Part shown: one piece after another, positions 17,529 through 26,619 of the stretch | Layout of the letters: each line of letters begins with the position of its first letter | Numbering within the stretch: the stretch's first letter is position 1 | NCBI GenBank assembly: GCA_041659805.1 | Contig: JBAZXP010000001.1 | Location: 384,589 to 448,588 of the forward strand | Direction of reading: 5' to 3' | Origin: Microgenomates group bacterium | GTDB lineage: Bacteria > Patescibacteriota > Microgenomatia > Daviesbacterales > UBA10151 | Length of the DNA: 64,000 bases | Position numbers and translations under genes: made by a program | Notes under the pieces: model-generated | The model's database searches: none | The model's input: only the letters and a program-made list of their open reading frames with translations | Told to the model about the DNA's origin: nothing

Positions 17529-19252
17529 AGCTCTATCTCATTCCCAAGAAGATCAGTAATAGTCCTTTTACGTTTTAATTTTCGTGGGTACTTTTCAAAA
17601 AATTCTTTGTTCTCTTCTACTAAATAAATCGTGCAATAACCTGTTCCATCTTCATATTTTAACTCTCTACCTTTCAAAATCCCTTGTCTTTCAAGTTTTC
17701 TAAGTGTGGAAGAATGCAAGCCGCACTCATCAGTTATTTTCCAACCTTGAAGCCAAATATCACTATTCTTTACAGCTTCATAAGGGATATTTCCTTTCTT
17801 TATGTTCATATGGCAATCAAAACAGGTAATCCCATCTAAAGTCCACCATATTTTCTTGCCAGGAGTAGATGATTTACAGATCATACAGGTATATGTTGCA
17901 TCTCCTTCGAGAAGAAATCCCTCTGGTTCATGTTCTAGCCTTTTTTTCCTTGTATTTTCAATTCCTTGCATTTCTCCAGAAAGCCTAACTAACTGAATTA
18001 AATGATAGTTTCCATACTTCATTCTTGCTTCATAGTCTATTTTTGAAGGCTTTTCTTCTTTTTTCTCACCTGTAAGCTCAAAAAAATCTTCCTCTCGTTC
18101 ATATCCTTTCAATCTTCCTGATAAATAACCAAGACGATAGAATACTCCCTCAGTCATCAAACGCCAGTTTGTTCCCTCAAGTCTATCCTTTATAAGTTTT
18201 TGAATCGTGGATACACTAATATTTTCACTGCGTGAAGAATCACTATCTTGAATACTAAAAGGGACAATGACATATTGTCCTATCTCTGGTTTATCAAACG
18301 ACAGCTTAACAAAATGTTCTTTTTCAAGCACCTCATTTAAAAGCTTTTCCAATTCTAAGATAGTAAGTTTTTTCAAACCAGCAACTTTTTGGTAAGCGAA
18401 ACTATCGTATTTTTGTAATTCTTCCTGGTATATTTGCGGGGCAATTTTAAAGGCCTCAATGTACTCAAAACTTTCTTTTCCTTCCTTATCAGAGCAAAAT
18501 TCTTCTCGATATTCCTCCAAAAGCTTTTTATCTTCTTCCTCCTGTTTTTTCCTCTCAGCTCTATGTTTTTCTAAATCATCTTCTGTAGTTTCTGTAAAAC
18601 CACATGATGCACAAGTTGTTTTCCATATAATTTTCTCCTTACTTTCCTTAACAACAGACATATCAATTTCAGCCTTACATTTAGGACATAACTGTGGTTT
18701 TGTTTCATATTCTTTTCCATCTTCATAAATCCATCGTTTCTTTTTACAGTTGGAACAATTAAACAGGAACATCATGTGTAATTGTTTGTCTAATGTATCA
18801 AGGTGTTTAATCGTGACTTTCATTAACTTTTTACAGTCAGGACAGATTATTTCTTGAGGTTCAGGGGTATTATCGTATTTATCTTGTTCTATACTGTCAG
18901 AATCCATCCATTCTTGTATTGCCTCTTCTTTATGACTATATCTTTGGCCTTTTATTTGATAAAGCTCTTGGTTGGTAATCCAACCAAACCATTTTGCCTT
19001 ATCTCCAGCAGAAAACTTTTTAGATTCTTCACTATTCAGGTGTTTTTCATAAGTTTTTGTCCATGACTCAATAGCCTCAAGACATCTTTTAATCGTAAAT
19101 AAGTCATATCGGTCTATATAATGCTGTTTATCTTTAAGGTATTCCATATATCTATCTTTGATTATAATATTCTTCCTCGTTATCTTCATCTGATCCGTCA
19201 AGAAAAGATAAAAATTCATAATCAGAACCGAACTCTTTCCATTTAATTCCAA
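17525..19252 (-). CDS. multi-zinc-ribbon protein with C-terminal MerR/excisionase-like HTH (hypothetical)
   Basis: At least four CxxC...CxxC pairs (CPDC..CSNC, CPKC..CASC, CMIC, CFDC). C-terminal ITDECGLHSSTLRKLERQGILKG HTH. Track start overlaps the upstream XRE gene, so true start is probably MEYLKDK near 19147. Confidence 0.5.
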   Translation of the reverse strand: MELNGKSSVLIMNFYLFLTDQMKITRKNIIIKDRYMEYLKDKQHYIDRYDLFTIKRCLEAIESWTKTYEKHLNSEESKKFSAGDKAKWFGWITNQELYQIKGQRYSHKEEAIQEWMDSDSIEQDKYDNTPEPQEIICPDCKKLMKVTIKHLDTLDKQLHMMFLFNCSNCKKKRWIYEDGKEYETKPQLCPKCKAEIDMSVVKESKEKIIWKTTCASCGFTETTEDDLEKHRAERKKQEEEDKKLLEEYREEFCSDKEGKESFEYIEAFKIAPQIYQEELQKYDSFAYQKVAGLKKLTILELEKLLNEVLEKEHFVKLSFDKPEIGQYVIVPFSIQDSDSSRSENISVSTIQKLIKDRLEGTNWRLMTEGVFYRLGYLSGRLKGYEREEDFFELTGEKKEEKPSKIDYEARMKYGNYHLIQLVRLSGEMQGIENTRKKRLEHEPEGFLLEGDATYTCMICKSSTPGKKIWWTLDGITCFDCHMNIKKGNIPYEAVKNSDIWLQGWKITDECGLHSSTLRKLERQGILKGRELKYEDGTGYCTIYLVEENKEFFEKYPRKLKRKRTITDLLGNEIEL

Positions 19253-19454
19253 GCGACTTTCTAATTTTATCTAATGTACGCATACCAATGCTACCAGTTT
19301 TTCCACGCTCGATTTTACCGTAATAATTGGGATTTAAATCAGCTCCTACAGCAACATCTACCCTTGTTCTCTTCTGTTCTAATCTTATTTGTATTATTCT
19401 TTGGCATAATAATTTTTGCCTTTTGAGTCCCTGTTCAGAAATTCTATGTTTCAT
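19152..19454 (-). CDS. XRE-family HTH transcriptional regulator
   Basis: 100 aa; RIIQIRLEQKRTRVDVAVGADLNPNYYGKIERGKTGSIGMRTLDKIRKSLGI. Confidence 0.65.
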   Translation of the reverse strand: MKHRISEQGLKRQKLLCQRIIQIRLEQKRTRVDVAVGADLNPNYYGKIERGKTGSIGMRTLDKIRKSLGIKWKEFGSDYEFLSFLDGSDEDNEEEYYNQR

Positions 19455-19510
19455 GAAGGGAATTATAAAAGAGTTTTCTAAAAAATGACGTACTTTTATG
19501 AATAGTTACT

Positions 19511-22045
19511 TTGGCTATCTTAAATATAGGAACTTTGCTAGAATTGAACCAGAATATGTCAAAAATACCATTTAGTGTATCAGCTAGAACCGCAAGATTA
19601 ATAGGAAGGGAAAATGTCAGTAATGCAGAAGGTGCAATAATTGAATTAGTTAAGAACGCTTATGATGCTGATGCAAGTACATGTATAGTTTTTTTTAAAA
19701 AGGATTTTAGCGGAATTCCTGAGCAACTATCTATACAAGAATATACTCAAATCTCTACAAAGCAAACTTTTAAGGAAATAAAAGATTGCTACGAAAAAAA
19801 TAATGAGGGATACCAACTTAAAACCCTAATTGGCGATAAAACAGAGGTTTTATCTTCTTTTTTTAATTCGTTGTGTGAAATTTATATCATAGACAATGGG
19901 ACGGGTATGACACGAAATGTGCTTGAAAATCAATGGATGATGATAGGAACAGACAATAAATTGGAGAACTATATATCAAAAAAGAAACGTATACAAACAG
20001 GAGCCAAGGGAATTGGAAGGTTTGCGCTCGATAGGCTTGGATCTTTTTGCGAGGTGCTTACTAAATCTGAAGATTCTTCAGAAGGGTATAAATGGGCTGT
20101 AAATTGGGAGAATTTTGAAAAGAAAAACACAGATATAGGTAAGATTTATGCGGAATTAGAAGTGGTTCAAAAATTTAGTAGCGACTCTTTGTCATTTTTC
20201 AAAAAAACAGAGAATGAAGTAATTATGCCTTTATTGGGAAAATTTGAGCATGGAACCATATTGAGAATTAAATCATTGAGCGATACATGGAATTCTGAAA
20301 GCATCACTAATATTTATCATGTTTTAGAATCATTAACTCCCCCTGGAACATTTCAGGAATTTAAAATGTTTGTTTTTAATTCTGAAGATTTAAATGCTTT
20401 TGGAGAAGTTAAAAACTTTATTAATGATGATTTTGATTACCAAGTTAATGCAACTTTTAATTCTGAAAAACAACTTAATATAAAGATCTCAAGACGTGAG
20501 TTTGATTACAAAAAAATTGATAAAAAGCTTTTCTTACAAAAAGAAATGCAAAAATCTCCTTATACCGAAGAGGATTTTAAAAAAGGCTATTTTTTAATAA
20601 AAATGGATATCCATAAATTATTACCTGGGGGACTAAACGAATATATACTTAATAATTTAGGGCCTTTTGAATTTAATTTCTACTTCATTAAGCGTCAAAC
20701 TACTAACGAAGATAGGGAGGTTTTTTCTTTTAGAGATTTCAACCAAGCGCGAAGAGCAGAATGGTTAGATAGATCAAGTGGAATTAAAATTTTTCGAGAC
20801 AATTTTAGAATTAGGCCCTACGGAGAGCCAAAAGGATCAACATATGATTGGTTGGGATTAGACATGCGGGCTGCTAAAAGCCCTGCTGGATTTGCTCAAA
20901 GAATTGGGCAATGGCATGTTAGATCATACCAAGTGGCCGGTGAAGTTAATATTTCTAGGATAACTAATATCTATTTTGATGATAAATCTAGTAGAGAAGG
21001 TTTACAAGAAAATGCCTACTTTAAAGTATTCAAAAATATTTTAAATGAAATAGTTGCACTTTTTGAAAGAGATCGAGAATACATAGGAATAAACATGAAA
21101 AGTTTTTCCAAGAAAAATAATGAAGAAGAAAAAACCAAAGAGGAAGCTCATGAAATTGCAGAAATGATAACCTCAACGCCCTCATCTCCACAACAGTCAT
21201 TGGATATTGATCCACAAAGTCTAAAGCAACAACTAGAAACTGTTTCTAAAGGATTTAAAATTAAGGAAAAAGAGCAAGAAGAATTATTGACTGAAGCAAA
21301 AATGCTTCGTACGTTAGCTAGTTCAGGTTTATTAGTAGCTACATTTGCTCATGAATTAAGACAGTTAGGAGGAACCTTATCCCGAAGAGTAGATTTACTC
21401 GAGCAATGCCTAGAAGGTGTTATAGATAAGAGTAAATTAGCTTCATTGCCAACCCATTTAGATCCATATAAAAGATTGCAAAGATTAAGAGATGATGACT
21501 TGAAACTTAAGAATTGGATAGACTTATCAGTAAACACATTACAAAGAAATAAAAGGGATCTAATTAAGATAAATCTAACTAAATATTTATCTGAATATAT
21601 CGAATATGTAAATAACATAGTAAAATTCAAAGAAGCACATATAGAATTTAAAAGTACATCTGATGACATAGAAATAAAAGTTTTTCCAATAGATATGGAC
21701 AGTATATTTAATAATTTGCTTGCAAATTCAATTGCAGGATTTCTTCGTAAAGATGCACCTAATGAAAGAAAAATTAGTATAAATATATCGGCTACAACTA
21801 ATAACGTTATCATCGAATATCTCGATAGCGGCCCAGGTTTAGATTCTTCAATTCCTTACCCAGAAAAAATTTATGATTTGTTTTTTACTACTAAAATAAA
21901 TGAGGTAGGAGAAAAAATAGGTACAGGTTTAGGTATGTGGATAGTAAAATCTATTATTGAAGAGTATGAAGGTAGTATAAATATAACAAAAGTACGCCCT
22001 GGATTCGGTATTAAAATGGAAATCCCTAAACATATAAGCAAATAG
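19511..22045 (+). CDS. GHKL-ATPase / sensor histidine kinase fusion protein (N-terminal MORC/HATPase_c_3-like ATPase + C-terminal HisKA H-box and HATPase_c)
   Basis: 844 aa. N-terminal Bergerat motifs ELVKNAYDADAS (N-box), IIDNGTGM (G1), GAKGIGRFALDRLG (G2). C-terminal ATFAHELRQ (H-box), FNNLLANSIAG (N), YLDSGPGLD (G1), GTGLGMWIVKS (G2). TTG start at 19511; alternative ATG at 19556. Confidence 0.7.
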   Translation: MAILNIGTLLELNQNMSKIPFSVSARTARLIGRENVSNAEGAIIELVKNAYDADASTCIVFFKKDFSGIPEQLSIQEYTQISTKQTFKEIKDCYEKNNEGYQLKTLIGDKTEVLSSFFNSLCEIYIIDNGTGMTRNVLENQWMMIGTDNKLENYISKKKRIQTGAKGIGRFALDRLGSFCEVLTKSEDSSEGYKWAVNWENFEKKNTDIGKIYAELEVVQKFSSDSLSFFKKTENEVIMPLLGKFEHGTILRIKSLSDTWNSESITNIYHVLESLTPPGTFQEFKMFVFNSEDLNAFGEVKNFINDDFDYQVNATFNSEKQLNIKISRREFDYKKIDKKLFLQKEMQKSPYTEEDFKKGYFLIKMDIHKLLPGGLNEYILNNLGPFEFNFYFIKRQTTNEDREVFSFRDFNQARRAEWLDRSSGIKIFRDNFRIRPYGEPKGSTYDWLGLDMRAAKSPAGFAQRIGQWHVRSYQVAGEVNISRITNIYFDDKSSREGLQENAYFKVFKNILNEIVALFERDREYIGINMKSFSKKNNEEEKTKEEAHEIAEMITSTPSSPQQSLDIDPQSLKQQLETVSKGFKIKEKEQEELLTEAKMLRTLASSGLLVATFAHELRQLGGTLSRRVDLLEQCLEGVIDKSKLASLPTHLDPYKRLQRLRDDDLKLKNWIDLSVNTLQRNKRDLIKINLTKYLSEYIEYVNNIVKFKEAHIEFKSTSDDIEIKVFPIDMDSIFNNLLANSIAGFLRKDAPNERKISINISATTNNVIIEYLDSGPGLDSSIPYPEKIYDLFFTTKINEVGEKIGTGLGMWIVKSIIEEYEGSINITKVRPGFGIKMEIPKHISK

Positions 22046-22047
22046 AT

Positions 22048-22683
22048 ATGAGTAATTATAATATTGCCTTTATAGATGACGATCAGGGTGTTATAGACGA
22101 TTTCCTTGTTACTGCTGGGAATAAATCGGTAGATGTTCAAACCTTTGAATTATCTCCTGATAAAGAAAGTTTGGTTGATGAAATCGCAAAATCTAATGTT
22201 GATGCGATAGTCATTGATTTTCATCTTGCCGATACTCGACCAAATATCAAATATGATGGCGCAGAGGTAATGAATCAATTGGAAGAGGTGACTTACAATA
22301 TCCCAAAGTTTATTTTTACTGCTTTTTCGTCTGCAGCTGAAGATAAAAGTAATGATATTAATATAGTTTATGAAAAAGAAGGAGATTTTGGGCCATTTAT
22401 TGATAAAGTAATAAAACAAATCGATAAATACAAACATCGATTGGAAGAGTATCAAGAGGAATTGATGAGTTTAATAGAGAAGAGTAAAACTACCAAATTA
22501 AATGTAGAAGAGGAAGAGCGCGCTTTAGAATTAGATAATATTATCGAGAAGTCTTTGAACAAAAGACTTTCCTTACCTGATAGCCTCAAAAAACCTTCAA
22601 CTATTTCAACGCTCGACAAACTTCTTTCAGAGGCAGAACAAATAGTAAAGGAGTTACAAAATCGTAACAATGCAAAATCTTAG
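22048..22683 (+). CDS. stand-alone response-regulator receiver (REC) domain protein with C-terminal coiled-coil
   Basis: 211 aa; acidic pair FIDDDQ, phospho-acceptor-like Asp in AIVIDFHLAD, T in FIFTAFS, conserved K near 109. Start 3 nt after upstream stop. Confidence 0.6.
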   Translation: MSNYNIAFIDDDQGVIDDFLVTAGNKSVDVQTFELSPDKESLVDEIAKSNVDAIVIDFHLADTRPNIKYDGAEVMNQLEEVTYNIPKFIFTAFSSAAEDKSNDINIVYEKEGDFGPFIDKVIKQIDKYKHRLEEYQEELMSLIEKSKTTKLNVEEEERALELDNIIEKSLNKRLSLPDSLKKPSTISTLDKLLSEAEQIVKELQNRNNAKS

Positions 22684-23260
22684 ATCTAAAATACCACAAC
22701 GAACTTGCACGAGAGAATACACAGATTACACTTCCTATAAAAGCTACTTAAAATCTGATTTTGACAGTAGGTGTGGTTATTGTGATGACCATGATCAATA
22801 TTATGGTGGTTCTGACTCATATCATATTGATCATTTCGCACCTAAAAAATTTGCGGATTTAATCTCTAAGTACAGCAATCTTGTATATTCGTGCCCATTT
22901 TGTAACAAGGCTAAGCGCAATAAATGGCCTTCAGATGATCAGAATGTGAATGTTGTAGGTGATGAAGGATTTATTGACCCCTGTAGTGAGAACTATGATA
23001 TTCATTTGAACCGTGATGAAAATGGTAGCATAATCTCTGTTACCCCAATTGGTGGTTATATGCATAAGCATTTAGAATTAAATTTGAATAGACATGCCAT
23101 AATCTGGAAATTAGATAGAATTAATGAAGCAATAACTAAAATTCAAGTACTGAGAGATAGCGATTCAGAACTAGGTGAAGATTTATCAAATAGACTAAAC
23201 CAACTATTGGCAGACTATAGAGAATATGACCAAAGATTAAAAGACACATATAACAAGTAA
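22670..23260 (+). CDS. HNH endonuclease
   Basis: 196 aa; CGYCDD...HIDHFAPKK...NLVYSCPFCNKAK = CxxC-HxxH-N-CxxCN beta-beta-alpha-Me motif. 14 nt overlap with REC gene; C-terminal helical tail. Confidence 0.75.
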   Translation: MQNLRSKIPQRTCTREYTDYTSYKSYLKSDFDSRCGYCDDHDQYYGGSDSYHIDHFAPKKFADLISKYSNLVYSCPFCNKAKRNKWPSDDQNVNVVGDEGFIDPCSENYDIHLNRDENGSIISVTPIGGYMHKHLELNLNRHAIIWKLDRINEAITKIQVLRDSDSELGEDLSNRLNQLLADYREYDQRLKDTYNK

Positions 23261-23383
23261 TATTTTCAAGTAAAAAGACTGCAGACTTTGTAGGAAAATT
23301 ATAGTATGATTAAAAAGTGCTGCCTAGTTTTATATTAAAAACCTGATTAATTAAAAGGGGTAAATGAGACTGCAGAGTTATTA

Positions 23384-24667
23384 ATGAAAAAAAATACTAC
23401 TCTTCTCAAAAAGGGTTGGGATGATAAAGTAGGATACTTTCCTACACCAGCTAATATTGTAGCGCAGTTTACTTGTCTTACTACTGATTTTATAAAACCA
23501 TATTTGCCTTCCCAAATTGATGTGTTAGATTTATTTGCTGGAGATGGAAGATTAGGCATAGAACTATCAAAATCTCTATACAATAATAACTATAAACCTC
23601 ATACAACTTTTGTTGAGATTCAGCAGGAAGAGATAGAGAAAATCAAAGCTAATACTAAAAATACTAAGGTTTTTAAACGCAATATATTTAAATGGTCAAC
23701 AAAAAAGAGGTTTGATTTAGTAATTTCTAATCCCCCATATTTAATACTAAATTCGCCTGATGCAGGAAAGCTTGGATTCAATTGGGAATATGCTAAAAAA
23801 CATGGAAGAAATTTATATACATTAGGAATTATCAAAGCTTTAGCTTTATGTAGAGAAGGAGGAATTGTCGCCGTAATCTCTCCATTTAGTTGGTTAAGAG
23901 GAGAATACAGTAAAGAATTTAGAGAGATAATAAATCAAAATTGTTCAAGAGTATTAATAAAGGCAAACGATCATAGAACAGTATTTAAAGGTGTTAATCA
24001 AGATATTGGTTTCCAATTTTTTATTAAAAGATACAGACATGAGACATCACTAACAAAATGGCAATTTGGGTATAATGGTAATAATCCTGAAGAGATTCTT
24101 TTTGAGAACTTAGAAAGAAAGAATAGCTATTATCAATTAAGCTCTAGAGTAATGGTTGGTACTATCGTATGGAATAGAAATAAAGAATATCTTACTTCAC
24201 AAAAACATAATAGTACCCTAGTAGTTTATGGTGGTAATATAGGCCATGATGGAAAACTTAATTGTAATATTTCAAAATATAAAGATAAACAATATATTCA
24301 AAACAAAGTTTTATCAAAAACAGATGTATTTGAATCTCCTCTAATATTAATACGGAGAATTATGAGAGGAATACCAGGCAACTGGATGATTGATTCCTGC
24401 TTAATCGAAAAACCCTTTAAGTGTGTTGTTGAAAATCATGTGATTGTTATTGAAATACCAAAGGGGAAAGTAGCCTCGTATAGAAGATTTTATGAAAACA
24501 TAATGGATAGAATAAAAGAATATTATTATTTCTCTGGAAGCCCATCAATAAGCGGAAGGGTTGTAAAACAAATAATAATGGATCTAGAGCTTTCTTTGAT
24601 TAAAGAAAAGGATGCGTCAAATTATCTTCCAACCAGTCAAGAAAACATACATCTATTATTTGATTAA
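23384..24667 (+). CDS. N6-adenine DNA methyltransferase (gamma-class, FxGxG...NPPY)
   Basis: 427 aa; GYFPTPANIV (motif X), DLFAGDGRLG (motif I), DLVISNPPY (motif IV); C-terminal ~200 aa putative TRD. Confidence 0.75.
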   Translation: MKKNTTLLKKGWDDKVGYFPTPANIVAQFTCLTTDFIKPYLPSQIDVLDLFAGDGRLGIELSKSLYNNNYKPHTTFVEIQQEEIEKIKANTKNTKVFKRNIFKWSTKKRFDLVISNPPYLILNSPDAGKLGFNWEYAKKHGRNLYTLGIIKALALCREGGIVAVISPFSWLRGEYSKEFREIINQNCSRVLIKANDHRTVFKGVNQDIGFQFFIKRYRHETSLTKWQFGYNGNNPEEILFENLERKNSYYQLSSRVMVGTIVWNRNKEYLTSQKHNSTLVVYGGNIGHDGKLNCNISKYKDKQYIQNKVLSKTDVFESPLILIRRIMRGIPGNWMIDSCLIEKPFKCVVENHVIVIEIPKGKVASYRRFYENIMDRIKEYYYFSGSPSISGRVVKQIIMDLELSLIKEKDASNYLPTSQENIHLLFD

Positions 24668-25240
24668 TAACTCACCCTTCTTCGACAGGTCGCTATTTGC
24701 AAATATTTTTAAATAGTCAAAGTTTTTTAGTTCATTATTCAATTCCTTAAGGGAAATGCTTCTTTCAGTTCCTAACATTTCCCATATCATCATGATTGTT
24801 TGTTCCCAATCATTACCAAGTTGACCAAGAATAAATCGTAGTACAAACTCTGATATTTCTTCAGCTGTACCTTCAAAGCTAATTTTTCTTTCTCCTAATT
24901 GATCAATAAAGTTAGACACAATTCTATCCTCTTCATAAGTAACCCAATCTGGTGTATCTTTACCAATATTTGTAGGAGGATATTTATCATTTAATACCGA
25001 AGTATCGATAGTTGAATTAAGCTTAATTTGTTCTATAGTATCTTCAAGAAGTTTTCTCCAGTCATGAAGTGCTTTTTGAGATCTAATCATAGTAGTTAAA
25101 AATTGATTTCTATCCCCTGATGTTCCAATTATTTTGGGATAATTTTTTGTCTTAGCTATTTCTTTTATTAACGCAAAAGTATCTTTATCCCATTGATCAA
25201 AAAGAGGATATCGATATTTAGGAGGGTTATTTATAGCCAT
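24656..25240 (-). CDS. hypothetical protein (last gene of 4-gene minus-strand operon)
   Basis: 194 aa, no motif recognised. Confidence 0.4.
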   Translation of the reverse strand: MAINNPPKYRYPLFDQWDKDTFALIKEIAKTKNYPKIIGTSGDRNQFLTTMIRSQKALHDWRKLLEDTIEQIKLNSTIDTSVLNDKYPPTNIGKDTPDWVTYEEDRIVSNFIDQLGERKISFEGTAEEISEFVLRFILGQLGNDWEQTIMMIWEMLGTERSISLKELNNELKNFDYLKIFANSDLSKKGELLIK

Positions 25241-25243
25241 AGT

Positions 25244-26011
25244 TTATTTAATAATTAAATCTCTAATAAAATTAACAAACTCAGCTGTTTTAGAGTAGGT
25301 TTCTTTACCGTCAATCTTTTTATTTTCTCTATTTTTATACCATTCTAAAGCTTCTTTAATTAAGGATGACCATTGAGGAAGTTGTTCTATAGTCCACTGA
25401 GCAGCTTGTTTTTTAGACACTTGTTCACCATTTTTGACCGCATAGTATGCTCTACATAGAGTAAGAATCGCATAGCCCTGGGCTCCTTTAGTATGCATAT
25501 CTTTTACCCATTCACTCCAAGAGGAAGTATGTGACTTTACTGCTTCAATAAATTCTTCTTTTGAGATTGGTTCAATTATTATTTTTGGATCAGCACCAAA
25601 TAGCGTTACACCATTTTCTCGAACTATGTACCAATTCATTAACCAATGCTTTCCAACTACTCTTTTATGAAATGGTTCACCTGGACTAATGACAGCAATT
25701 TCACTCTCTTCTGTTTTGAAGGTTTTTAGAGCAGATTTTGGCATATACTGAACTTCGATTCTGTCGTTCCATTCTGTATGTTCATTTGCAAAATCTTGAT
25801 GCATTTTTTCTAAAGCCTTAAATTCTTCATCTGTTAAATCAGATTCCAAAGCAGCTACTAAATCTATATCACTAATATTCTGATCAAAATCACCAGTAAC
25901 AAGAGAACCATATAGGTATAAACCAATTAGCTTTCCTCCTAAAACACTTTGAATTTTAGAAAGAATAATCTGGAGTAAATTATTAATATCCGGATATTGT
26001 GTAGGACTCAT
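25244..26011 (-). CDS. nucleotidyltransferase, AadA/ANT(3'')-like (Pol-beta NTase + C-terminal helical domain)
   Basis: 255 aa; LIGLYLYGSLVTGDFDQNISDIDLVAAL strongly resembles the aminoglycoside adenylyltransferase GS...SDIDL core. Confidence 0.6.
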   Translation of the reverse strand: MSPTQYPDINNLLQIILSKIQSVLGGKLIGLYLYGSLVTGDFDQNISDIDLVAALESDLTDEEFKALEKMHQDFANEHTEWNDRIEVQYMPKSALKTFKTEESEIAVISPGEPFHKRVVGKHWLMNWYIVRENGVTLFGADPKIIIEPISKEEFIEAVKSHTSSWSEWVKDMHTKGAQGYAILTLCRAYYAVKNGEQVSKKQAAQWTIEQLPQWSSLIKEALEWYKNRENKKIDGKETYSKTAEFVNFIRDLIIK

Positions 26012-26595
26012 ACTAACTCCAACACTCTAGTAAGAAGCGTATCCAAGGGCGAAGCTTTGATAGCTGTGTATCCACTTCTTTCTGCCTGTTTCTTAATTTC
26101 CTGTCCATAGGTATAAGTAAATTCTGAATATTTTTTAGCTTTTTCTGGATCAGGAGTGTTACCTCTGTTTCTTTGAATATCTCTTTGGTAAAGTTCCTCT
26201 TTATCATCATATAAAAAGACTGCTTTAATACTTTCTTGAGATCGGGTTGCTAATAACTGTGGAATAATACTATCTCCTTCAAAAATAACTGGCTCGTCAC
26301 AGACTATATGTTTATTTATCAAGTCATCTAACGCTGGCCATAATTCTTTTCCAACATCTAATAACTTTTGGCTCCAATATTCAGGAGTATTTTGTTCTAT
26401 AAAATTAGGATCAGCATCAAGAAAGGTAAAAAGATCAGGATGATCTTCTTTTTTGACCATTTTTTGTAAAGCAATTCGAATATCATCGACCTCTGTTAGA
26501 GGCACTTCAAACTGCTTTGCAAGTTGTCTTGCAAGATGGGATTTTCCAGTAGCACCAGAACCACCAATTAATAATATTTTCCATTCAGTTTTCAT
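26008..26595 (-). CDS. P-loop kinase (AAA_33-like)
   Basis: 195 aa; Walker A ILLIGGSGATGKSHLARQLA; ATGA overlap with downstream NTase. Confidence 0.6.
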   Translation of the reverse strand: MKTEWKILLIGGSGATGKSHLARQLAKQFEVPLTEVDDIRIALQKMVKKEDHPDLFTFLDADPNFIEQNTPEYWSQKLLDVGKELWPALDDLINKHIVCDEPVIFEGDSIIPQLLATRSQESIKAVFLYDDKEELYQRDIQRNRGNTPDPEKAKKYSEFTYTYGQEIKKQAERSGYTAIKASPLDTLLTRVLELV

Positions 26596-26619
26596 ATTTT
26601 TAGTATAGCAGAGGAGACA

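Noticed and set aside
21030-22140. Minus-strand ORFs 21030..21215, 21349..21813, 21871..22140 inside the GHKL-HK gene
   Set aside because: Antisense to a coding sequence with clear H-box/N/G1/G2 motifs; hydrophobic low-complexity translations
22150-22670. Minus-strand ORFs inside the REC gene
   Set aside because: Antisense frames; the sense frame has REC hallmarks
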